The notes beneath the pieces were generated by a model. The model saw only the letters and a list, made by a program, of their open reading frames with translations. It searched no databases and was not told the DNA's origin. Made by a program: the position numbers and the translations under genes. Of a DNA stretch of 22,201 bases, positions 15,537-22,201 are shown piece by piece. Origin of the DNA: Candidatus Iainarchaeum sp. (GTDB lineage: Archaea > Iainarchaeota > Iainarchaeia > Iainarchaeales > GCA-2688035); assembly GCA_028713935.1 (NCBI GenBank), contig JAQTNI010000019.1, forward strand, positions 1 through 22,201. The letters run 5' to 3'. The number at the start of each line of letters is the position of its first letter. The stretch's first letter is position 1.

Positions 15537-18296
15537 TTACCTGTATCTAAGAAGTGCGCCCACTCCTCCAAATCCCTTGAAAAATTGCTCTCCTTCTGGA
15601 GTGTCAGTGCTTACAATGTATGTTGTTGCTCCTGTTGAATGGGCTTTTTCCATTAGCCAGTCAGCATAATCAATTTCTTCAAGGACTTCTGTTTGCGTAG
15701 TGCTTCCGCATTTTCCGCATTTGTAGGAAGAAGAATTGAATTTTGAAGGCTCTTTTACAATTACTTCCTCGCTGTTGCCGCATTTTTCGCAGTGAAACTT
15801 GAAAACCATCCATTCAATTGCATCGCTTACAAGCAAATTTGAAACCTTTCCGATTGCAAGTGCCTCTTCAACTTCTTTCTGGCCATAAGCAGCAAGCCCG
15901 CTTTTTACAACTGCTTCCAGAAACCTGTTAACAAGGTTTTTTTCTGTTATTATTTCCGCACCTTTCAGCAATTCATCGGCTTTTTGCACAACTTCCCGTA
16001 TTCCGGATTCGTCAGTGTAAGAAGTGTCAATCATTCCAAGAATTTTCTTTTTTATTCTGTGGTCAATAAGGTCTTTGTTCAAAAAATAGTTTTTTGTCAT
16101 CCCAGGGCCAGCAACAATCAGCCCTTTTAATTTTTCTCCATAAGGAAGGAAAATTTCGTTTATTTTTTCGCTGATTCTTTTGTAAAATTCCTGTGCTGCT
16201 TCTTCGTGCAGGCGTTCAAAACGAACCGAAGAATTATGGACAATTAACCCGTTTGCAATGAAATTCTTGTTTTCAACGCTAATGTCAATCATTTGTGTTG
16301 GCTTGTGCATTTTTTCTATTCTGTTGATTTTTACTGGCAAGAGCTTTTTTGACAGCGCATTTTCCAATTCTAAAATTAAGTCCTTGTTTTTTGCATATTT
16401 AATTATTGAATTCCTGAAAACGTTTTTTCCCATCATTCTTTCATTTCTGAAAAAATTTGTGACTTTTGGAAAATCAGTTATCCTAAAGCCATGTTTTTCA
16501 ATTATTCTTCTTATTTCTGCACCAGAAACAGCAATCTGCCTTACGCTGCTTTTGCCTTTTGTTCCAGCTATTAATTTTTCCAGTTTTTCCGCTTTGTCTT
16601 TTGCACTGAAGCCGATTTCTTTTTGGAACAATTCAAAGGATTCTTTTTCATTCAACTGCACTGTAAAACGCGTTTTTTTGGAATAAGGGTTTCTCCTGTT
16701 GTCATAGCGATTCAAACCTGCAATTATTCCAAAGCGCAATAATGCCAATTGCAATTGTTTTACAAGCTTTTCATTGTTCATTCCAAGCGCAACATGCCCC
16801 TTGCTTACATATCCTTCCGCATCAAACAATCCGCGCAAAAAGCCAGCTAAAACACTGTTTTCCGATTTCAGAATTTTTTTTGGAATCCTGCCCTGTTCAC
16901 AAAGTTCCGGAAAGTTTTCTTTCAAGAACCTTACAATCGGCTTTCCGTATATTCCGACTTCGAAATAGTTTTTTTTACCCCTGAACCTGAAATGGGTGTT
17001 TGCATTGAAAATATTTTTTGCAAGTTCTTCATATTTCTCCGCAACCTGTTTTCTTTGCTCGGAAAGGCGGATTCTTTCTTTTTCAAAATGGCCATCCCCC
17101 AAAAAATATCCAACAAACTGCGCAAGGTCTGTATTGAGCTCTTTTGGCAAAATTAATCCGCTGTTGGGCTTGCAATGCTCTTGCACAAATTCATTAAAAT
17201 CAATGCCAAGGCAATCGCAAATTTTTTTTAGTGTTGCAAATCTCGGATTAAATTTGCCCAATTCCAAAGCAGAAATGTTTGCCTGGAACAAGCCAATTTT
17301 TTTTGCCAATTTTTTTTGTGATAATCTGATTTGTTCCCTTGTTTCCTTGATTTTTCTTCTGCCTGATTCCAAAACAACAAACGAATTGGAGAAATTGCTT
17401 TCCAGTTTTTGCTTTGCTCCGTTTACGCTGATTTTTTCAGGGAGCAGCAAAAATTCGCCTTCCTTCAATTCTTCAGCGGCTTTTTCTTTTATTTTGCCAT
17501 TTTCCCAGCAAAAAAAAACATGGTCTTTGGAAGAGGTTATTTCCATTCTTGGTGCAGCAGTAATTATCTCAAATGCCTCCGGCTTTACAGTTTCCCACTT
17601 ATTATTGATAAAAGAATCTTTTACAAAACCTCCTTCAAAATCCGCTGTTTTTATTCCTGAAGGGTTGTGGCAATCCGCTATTTCAACAATGTTTCCATCG
17701 CTCAGCATTATCAAACTGTCAGCTGCGAGGCATTGGCCCCCCGCACGATGTTTCCCTGAAATGCCTGAAGTGAACCTGCCTAAAATTTCATATTTTTTTC
17801 CAATCAATACTGCAATTGTTGAATCGCTTTTGTCAATCACAACTATTCCAAAAACGTCTTTTGGCGAAACCATTTCTTCAAGAGGGGCAAGATGGAATTC
17901 CGAATCGCACCAGTACAATTTTGTTTTCAATGGTCGTATAGGGCGGATAGTCATTAACTGGATGTCGCTTTTTCCTTCCTGCTGTGAGACATTGCCTGAA
18001 AAAACAACAAGCCCGTTTTTTGGAAGCTTGAAATCAATTTGCTTCAAAAAATTGTCAATTCTCCTTAATGCACCCTGCACATTTTTCCTTGTCTGCGGGC
18101 TTTTTATGTTGGAGCTCTGGCTCATTTCCTCTGTTATCTGCCCGGTTATGCCGCTCCTGTCAACATCTTCCGGCATGTAAACGGAAATTAGCTCTGTTCC
18201 CCTTCCCTTGAATTCCTTGAGCTTTTTGAGCTTTTTCTTGAACAAAGCAAGTTCCGCTTCATCCACCTGTTCCAAACTTTCATGCGCCATAACCAT
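15537..18296 (-). CDS. prf1: peptide chain release factor aRF1, intein-containing precursor
   Basis: GRGTELISVYMP, NIKS (SSNIKSPQ), YxCxxxF (YWCDSEF) and GKHRAGGQ...SSVRFERLHEEAA (GGQ motif split by the insert). C-domain with CxxC...CxxC mini-ribbon and GFGGVGALLRYR terminus. Excluding the 500-aa insert, the extein is about 417-419 aa. ATG at 18296 or 18290 is preferred over the 18380 extension. Confidence 0.9.
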   Translation of the reverse strand: MVMAHESLEQVDEAELALFKKKLKKLKEFKGRGTELISVYMPEDVDRSGITGQITEEMSQSSNIKSPQTRKNVQGALRRIDNFLKQIDFKLPKNGLVVFSGNVSQQEGKSDIQLMTIRPIRPLKTKLYWCDSEFHLAPLEEMVSPKDVFGIVVIDKSDSTIAVLIGKKYEILGRFTSGISGKHRAGGQCLAADSLIMLSDGNIVEIADCHNPSGIKTADFEGGFVKDSFINNKWETVKPEAFEIITAAPRMEITSSKDHVFFCWENGKIKEKAAEELKEGEFLLLPEKISVNGAKQKLESNFSNSFVVLESGRRKIKETREQIRLSQKKLAKKIGLFQANISALELGKFNPRFATLKKICDCLGIDFNEFVQEHCKPNSGLILPKELNTDLAQFVGYFLGDGHFEKERIRLSEQRKQVAEKYEELAKNIFNANTHFRFRGKKNYFEVGIYGKPIVRFLKENFPELCEQGRIPKKILKSENSVLAGFLRGLFDAEGYVSKGHVALGMNNEKLVKQLQLALLRFGIIAGLNRYDNRRNPYSKKTRFTVQLNEKESFELFQKEIGFSAKDKAEKLEKLIAGTKGKSSVRQIAVSGAEIRRIIEKHGFRITDFPKVTNFFRNERMMGKNVFRNSIIKYAKNKDLILELENALSKKLLPVKINRIEKMHKPTQMIDISVENKNFIANGLIVHNSSVRFERLHEEAAQEFYKRISEKINEIFLPYGEKLKGLIVAGPGMTKNYFLNKDLIDHRIKKKILGMIDTSYTDESGIREVVQKADELLKGAEIITEKNLVNRFLEAVVKSGLAAYGQKEVEEALAIGKVSNLLVSDAIEWMVFKFHCEKCGNSEEVIVKEPSKFNSSSYKCGKCGSTTQTEVLEEIDYADWLMEKAHSTGATTYIVSTDTPEGEQFFKGFGGVGALLRYR
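16233..17732 (-). mobile_element. intein (500 aa) with XRE-type HTH and LAGLIDADG homing endonuclease domain, inserted after GGQ of aRF1
   Basis: Begins with Cys (CLAADSLIMLSDG, block A) directly after GGQ. Block B is TSSKDH. LAGLIDADG motifs are LAQFVGYFLGDGHF and LAGFLRGLFDAEGYV. Blocks F/G are MIDISVENKNFIANGLIVHN, followed by the +1 Ser of SVRFERL. Boundary codons were checked on the sequence: TGC at 17732-17730 and AAT at 16235-16233. Confidence 0.85.
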
Positions 18297-18451
18297 CACA
18301 AAAAACAAAATATTTTCAGCTAAGCAAAAGCTAGAAAAAGCAAGAATTCTTTTTGGCTTTGCAAAGCATTTTCCTACCAAACAAATTTAAGGATAAAAAG
18401 CTTTAAAACAGCATTCTTGGCATCAGCGAAAAAACAAGGAATTGAAAAAGT

Positions 18452-18808
18452 TCATCTTGAATGCGCCATTATCGGGCTTTTGTAGGCAATATTTTGTATT
18501 GCTATTGTTGCCGGCACTTGTTCTTTTTCAATTGGCAGGATTATTTTTACAAAAACAGTGCCCTTTTTTTCGATACAGGAAAAAGAAGCGTTTTCAATTT
18601 TGGAAAGCATTTGCCTGGTTATTTTTCTGTCAGTCAAATCCGTAAAATATTTTGATGCATCAAAAATTTCCAAGGCAACAATTTTGCCGTTCTTTTCCAA
18701 ATCAACAACCAATTCCCCAAATTCAATGCTGCCCTTGGATTTTTTGTTTTCATCGTACAAAAAAAGCAGGTCTTCTTCAAAATCATAATCAAGCTTAAAT
18801 TTAGACAT
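18452..18808 (-). CDS. DUF2283-like protein (putative antitoxin partner)
   Basis: KLDYDFEEDLLFLYD...GSIEFGELVVDLEKNGKIVALEIFDASKYF matches the DUF2283 pattern (YDxExDxL...VDxxxxGxIVGIEIxxAS). ATG 18808 overlaps the upstream stop as ATGTCTAA. Confidence 0.6.
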   Translation of the reverse strand: MSKFKLDYDFEEDLLFLYDENKKSKGSIEFGELVVDLEKNGKIVALEIFDASKYFTDLTDRKITRQMLSKIENASFSCIEKKGTVFVKIILPIEKEQVPATIAIQNIAYKSPIMAHSR

Positions 18809-19172
18809 TTCTTTCCACCTTTCTTTGCCAGTCAAGCCTTTGCTTTATAACAGTAATTACAACAATTTTTTGTTCCAAATGATTTATAACTATAACATAA
18901 ACATAAGCGATTTTTTTGAAAGGCACAGACCACAACTTGTATTTTTCAAAAGCCTTTTCTCCAAAGAGAAAAGCCTTGGGAAAATGCTTCGCAGAAGCCT
19001 TTTCCGCAAAAATTTTTTCTGCAAGCTCCAATGCAGCTGGATTTCTGAGATGATTAACCACAATTTCCTTTTCTATTTGCCTTTTTGCCAATCTGAACTC
19101 TGCATGGTTTGTAAAAACAACCGCATAATGGGCAATCTCGCTTAATTTTTCGCGCAAATTTTTGCCATTCAT
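18801..19172 (-). CDS. DUF4258-like protein (putative toxin)
   Basis: VVFTNHAEFRLAKRQI matches the T-x-HA-x2-R-x3-R-x-I signature I associate with DUF4258. 123 aa, translationally coupled to the DUF2283-like ORF. Confidence 0.55.
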   Translation of the reverse strand: MNGKNLREKLSEIAHYAVVFTNHAEFRLAKRQIEKEIVVNHLRNPAALELAEKIFAEKASAKHFPKAFLFGEKAFEKYKLWSVPFKKIAYVYVIVINHLEQKIVVITVIKQRLDWQRKVERNV

Positions 19173-19279
19173 AAAAGAACGGCTTGTTTATCAAATAAAA
19201 AGGATTTTGCAAGTACCTTTCCGCTGTTTATGCGTTCAAAACTTTTTTAAACTCCTTGTTCTTATTCTATTTGGTTTTT

Positions 19280-20203
19280 ATGCTTCCCGAATTTTTCAAC
19301 AGCGCTCTCATGGAAAGCGAAACAAGCAGGGAACCTTCAAGACAGGCTTATTCTTATGATTCAAATTCCAGCGGAATTTTTGTTGTTTCAATCGGCGGAA
19401 GCCTTCTTTTTGAGCAGGGCTCGCCAAGGGCAGATTCCATAAAAAGAATTGCCTCCACAATAAGTTCCCTTCATTCCCAGGGATACAAATTTGCGCTTGT
19501 TGTAGGGGGAGGGGCGCTCGCAAGGGATTTCATTGAAACAGCGCGCCAGCTTGGCTCAAATAATTTTGAGCTTGACGAAATAGGAATTTTTGCAACACGC
19601 CTGAATGCAATGCTTTTCATTGAAGCCCTTGAAAATTCTTTTCATGAGGTTTTGACTGACATAAAAAAATCAAAGGCAATCATTGATTCCGGAAAAATAC
19701 CTGTTTTTGGGGGCCTTATTTCAGGCGTGACAACTGATTTTGATGCCGCACTCATTGCGGAATACCTTAATGCGAGTTTTGTTAATCTCAGCAATGTAGA
19801 GGGAATTTTCAATGCAGACCCGAAAACAAATCCCGATGCGGAATTGCACAGGGAGCTTTCCCATAATGGCCTGCTTTCAATTCTTGTAAAACTGGAATCA
19901 AGGCCTGGCCAGAACCTTATAATTGACATTCCTGCTGTAACTGTTCTGAAGCGCTCAAAAATAACTGCTTTTTTCCTTAACGGAAGCAATATGCAAAACT
20001 TTGAATCAGCTATCCGCGGTGAAAGTTTTGACGGAACAATTGTTTCCGCAAATCCAGATGTTTCAGAAACAGAAATCCAGGAAGATTCCCAGGAACCAGA
20101 AAAAAAACACGGAAAACGAAAATCTTCCGGCACAGCAAAAAAAAGAAAAAAACCGAGAAACGACGATTCCGATGCAATTGCAATGGGATTAAGGCTTCAT
20201 TAA
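19280..20203 (+). CDS. pyrH: archaeal-type uridylate (UMP) kinase with basic C-terminal extension
   Basis: VVSIGGSLL, ALVVGGGALARDFIE, IFATRLNAMLFIEAL, PVFGGLISGVTTDFDAALIAEYL, VEGIFNADPKTNPDA. Collinear with Pyrococcus UMPK as I recall it. Start is ATG 19280 or 19310. TTTTTTAAA at about 19243-19251. Confidence 0.85.
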   Translation: MLPEFFNSALMESETSREPSRQAYSYDSNSSGIFVVSIGGSLLFEQGSPRADSIKRIASTISSLHSQGYKFALVVGGGALARDFIETARQLGSNNFELDEIGIFATRLNAMLFIEALENSFHEVLTDIKKSKAIIDSGKIPVFGGLISGVTTDFDAALIAEYLNASFVNLSNVEGIFNADPKTNPDAELHRELSHNGLLSILVKLESRPGQNLIIDIPAVTVLKRSKITAFFLNGSNMQNFESAIRGESFDGTIVSANPDVSETEIQEDSQEPEKKHGKRKSSGTAKKRKKPRNDDSDAIAMGLRLH

Positions 20204-20215
20204 AAGGGTTTTTTT

Positions 20216-20632
20216 ATGTTTGGAAGAAAAAAGCGCATTGAAAGAAAAAAGCCTGAACCAAAACCTCAGGCAAAAAGCCCAGTTCAAATTACTGTGGACA
20301 GTATTAAACAAGTTCTTTCAGAGCCAAATCGTGTTAAGGTGCTATTGGAACACAAAATGGACTCCCAATTTTTGAAAGCACGTGACCTTTGGTTAGGACG
20401 TTTAAGGAGAGAATACAATGTTTCCATTCAAGAGGCAGTGCAACTTGGTTTTAAGCTTCCGAGCTTTATAGAAGCAGGATATGACGCGAAAGAATTCAAA
20501 TCCATTGGTTATTCTGCAGAAAAAATATTGAAAGAATCCATTCAATGGGATGTGCGTCTAAGCTGCTTTGATTTGGAGCAAAGAGGCTTTTCTAAAGCAG
20601 AAATTCAACAGGCCATTAAAAGCCTTTCTTAA
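20216..20632 (+). CDS. hypothetical protein with basic N-terminus and short G[FY]-type tandem repeats
   Basis: 138-aa ORF beginning 12 nt after the pyrH stop. Three contiguous 10-aa units (GFKLPSFIEA, GYDAKEFKSI, GYSAEKILKE) plus a fourth copy, GFSKAEIQQA. Confidence 0.55.
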   Translation: MFGRKKRIERKKPEPKPQAKSPVQITVDSIKQVLSEPNRVKVLLEHKMDSQFLKARDLWLGRLRREYNVSIQEAVQLGFKLPSFIEAGYDAKEFKSIGYSAEKILKESIQWDVRLSCFDLEQRGFSKAEIQQAIKSLS

Positions 20633-21618
20633 AAAAATTTTTCTGTTTCGTATTCTTCCAGTTTTTTTTCCCCCAAAGCAATTTTTAATTCGTCCGGGTT
20701 TAACAATGGCTTTTTGAATGAACCCGCATCATCAATTGCAATGCGGGGGCAGCCAGTGCAGACAAACGTGTCAACATCGATTCCAAGCAGGTAATCAGGC
20801 CTGATTAAATCCGCACTGAACAGGAAAGCCCCCCTGTGATGCTTTTCAATCATTGCTTTTAATTCAAGTGCTTTTTGCAGCCTGAACTGGCCTTTTTTGC
20901 AGCTCATCAAGATTCCTATTTTTTTTGCATCAATTGCTTTTTCAATAAGCGCAAACCTTTTTTTCAGGAACAAGTCTTTTTCCTGGGCAAGCTCCTTTAT
21001 TTCATTGTTCAACGGGTTCATTGTGAAAACCCTGTTTTTTTGGCTGAAAGCGATTCCAAGCGCATGGAACAGGCCATCGCCAAAAAAAACAATTGCATCA
21101 TTTCCTTTTGAAATTCCAGAATAATTGCAGCCCAAAACCTGCCCAGCGGAAATATTTTTTCCCTTTCCAATTTCAACTTCAAAGCCTTTTTTTTCAAATT
21201 CTTTTTTCAGGAAATCCAGGAAGCCAAGGTATTGGATTGTTGAGCATAAAGAAATTTTTTTTATTGAATTCTTTTTCAGAATTTCAGAGCAATTTGCCGC
21301 AAGCCCTTTTAATTTTTTTTCCTCAAGCTCGTAATTCAGCGGCACAAAAATTGTCGGGATTTCAGTATTGCAAAGCTGTGAATGCCCGAAATGCACAATC
21401 AAATCAGCGCCAACCTGCCTTGCCTGCTGTTCAGCCAAATCACATGCGCCAAAGCAGGGGTCAATTGAGGAAACAGCCGTAATTCCTGTTTTTTTCTGCA
21501 ATTCTGATGCAATTTCAATGTTCCTTGTTTTCAGGCCTTCAGGAAACTGCAGCAAAACAATTTTTGCCTTGCGCTTTTTAATTTCTTCAAAAACAGGTTT
21601 CAAGTCAATCCGAAGCAT
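20629..21618 (-). CDS. dph2: diphthamide biosynthesis enzyme Dph2 (2-(3-amino-3-carboxypropyl)histidine synthase)
   Basis: VLLQFPEGLK, DPCFGACDL, HFGHS and VCTGCPRIAIDD. At 329 aa the length is typical of archaeal Dph2. Confidence 0.85.
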   Translation of the reverse strand: MLRIDLKPVFEEIKKRKAKIVLLQFPEGLKTRNIEIASELQKKTGITAVSSIDPCFGACDLAEQQARQVGADLIVHFGHSQLCNTEIPTIFVPLNYELEEKKLKGLAANCSEILKKNSIKKISLCSTIQYLGFLDFLKKEFEKKGFEVEIGKGKNISAGQVLGCNYSGISKGNDAIVFFGDGLFHALGIAFSQKNRVFTMNPLNNEIKELAQEKDLFLKKRFALIEKAIDAKKIGILMSCKKGQFRLQKALELKAMIEKHHRGAFLFSADLIRPDYLLGIDVDTFVCTGCPRIAIDDAGSFKKPLLNPDELKIALGEKKLEEYETEKFF

Positions 21619-21657
21619 AAAAAAATAGGGAATGAAATTGTTTTTAATACTGGGTTT

Positions 21658-22032
21658 TCAAATATCGCTGTTTTCCAGCATCATTTTTTTTCCTTCCATT
21701 ATGACTGTTTTCCTGATTTTTTCCACTGCATCAATGTTTGCTGAAACAGATTCAATTCCAAAGTGGACAAGATGCTTAACCATTTCAGGGTTTGAGCCTG
21801 CCTGGCCGCAGATGCTTGTAGTGACTCCAGCTGCCCTGCACGCCTGTATCACATGATTCACTGATTTCAAAATTGCAGGGTGCAATTCTGAAAACCATTT
21901 CTGGATTTTCTCGTTGTTCCTGTCCAAACCCAAAGTAAGCTGTGTCAAATCGTTTGTCCCAAAGCTGATAAAATCAATTCCCTCTTCAATCAGGTCATCA
22001 ATTATCCAGCAGGCAGCAGGTGTTTCAACCAT
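21658..22032 (-). CDS. PEP-utilizing enzyme (PEP synthase / PPDK-like) C-terminal TIM-barrel fragment, truncated
   Basis: MVETPAA, IDFISFGTNDLTQLTLGLDRNN and SICGQAGSNPE (catalytic Cys region). This covers only the last roughly 125 aa of a protein that is normally about 750-800 aa. Same-frame similarity continues upstream only to about 22050 (VQFGV) before a stop at 22069-22071. Confidence 0.7.
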   Translation of the reverse strand: MVETPAACWIIDDLIEEGIDFISFGTNDLTQLTLGLDRNNEKIQKWFSELHPAILKSVNHVIQACRAAGVTTSICGQAGSNPEMVKHLVHFGIESVSANIDAVEKIRKTVIMEGKKMMLENSDI

Positions 22033-22201
22033 TACGCCAAACTGTACATTTTTTCTTCTTCCTTGTTTTTACCAAAGAGTGCGCCCATTGCTTCGGCGTC
22101 TTCCTTTTTGATTGCTGCGCCGCCCATGATTATGGCGATTTTTCCTTTCAGGCCGGCTGCTTTGAGTGCTTCGTCGAGTTTTGGAGGTTGTTTTTTGCTG
22201 G
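22032..22201 (-). CDS. cobalamin (B12)-binding-domain-like protein, C-terminal end (5' part outside window)
   Basis: Hand translation of the reverse strand gives SKKQPPKLDEALKAAGLKGKIAIIMGGAAIKKEDAEAMGALFGKNKEEEKMYSLA*. The LxxAGLxxKIxIIMGGAxIxxEDAEAMGA pattern resembles the end of B12-binding Rossmann domains. The stop overlaps the next ATG as TAATG. It is too short for the ORF track. Confidence 0.4.
   Translation of the reverse strand, partial: SKKQPPKLDEALKAAGLKGKIAIIMGGAAIKKEDAEAMGALFGKNKEEEKMYSLA

Noticed and set aside
15690-15800. CxxC...CxxC zinc-ribbon insertion in the aRF1 C-domain as a novelty
   Set aside because: As far as I recall, four-Cys mini-domains at this position occur in many archaeal aRF1 proteins, so it is probably an ordinary family feature.
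16996-18180. 394-aa plus-strand ORF, the longest unexplained ORF in the track
   Set aside because: It lies entirely antisense to the strongly supported aRF1/intein CDS. Its translation is low-complexity and F/S/L/C-rich, typical of the mirror frame of a K/E-rich gene. No motifs are present.
19642-20133. 163-aa minus-strand ORF inside pyrH
   Set aside because: It is antisense to a CDS that is collinear with known UMP kinases. It has no motifs and no promoter or SD context.
22030-22075. Programmed frameshift joining the B12-binding-like ORF to the PEP-utilizing fragment into one protein
   Set aside because: There is no slippery heptamer or downstream structure at the junction. The resulting domain combination has no precedent I know of, and half a TIM barrel would still be missing. 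Truncation or rearrangement is simpler.
1-22201. CRISPR arrays, transposases/IS elements, rRNA or tRNA genes
   Set aside because: No regularly spaced direct repeats, no terminal inverted repeats flanking a transposase-like ORF, and no RNA-gene-like conserved structure were found on either strand. The only mobile-type elements are the intein and the LAGLIDADG ORF.

Overview
AT-rich archaeal chromosomal segment. The evidence is aRF1, Dph2, archaeal-type UMP kinase, TruD, an EndoQ-like PHP nuclease, an S-layer protein, TATA-type promoters and oligo-T terminators. Gene density, frequent start/stop overlaps and many lineage-specific ORFs fit a small-genome (DPANN-like) archaeon, but that placement is inference only. 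All calls come from motif recognition by eye; no searches were run.

Content in order:
- 3' end of an S-layer-like paralog.
- Minus-strand operon: EndoQ-like nuclease, NUDIX hydrolase, small membrane protein.
- Free-standing LAGLIDADG protein with two HTH repeats, overlapping an AmmeMemoRadiSam-type radical SAM gene.
- Orphan ORF carrying a complete JAMM/MPN+ (RadC-like) motif.
- BofA-like membrane protein, a wHTH protein and a basic orphan.
- Cell-envelope block: 1006-aa S-layer glycoprotein gene with long leader and strong terminator, a membrane-anchored protein, an LPG-synthase-TM/flippase-like protein, and a convergent GT4 (AglH/MraY-like) transferase.
- TruD, then another orphan.
- aRF1 interrupted exactly at the catalytic GGQ motif by a 500-aa intein that carries an XRE-type HTH and a LAGLIDADG endonuclease.
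- DUF4258/DUF2283 toxin-antitoxin-like pair.
- PyrH with a basic C-terminal tail, a repeat-containing orphan, and Dph2.
- A truncated PEP-utilizing-enzyme C-terminal fragment abutting a GC-richer B12-binding-domain-like ORF at the window edge.

No rRNA, tRNA, CRISPR array or transposase was seen. The most notable items are the GGQ-site aRF1 intein, the JAB-motif orphan with the other basic-N-terminus orphans, the S-layer paralog and glycosylation cluster, and the PpsA-fragment junction.
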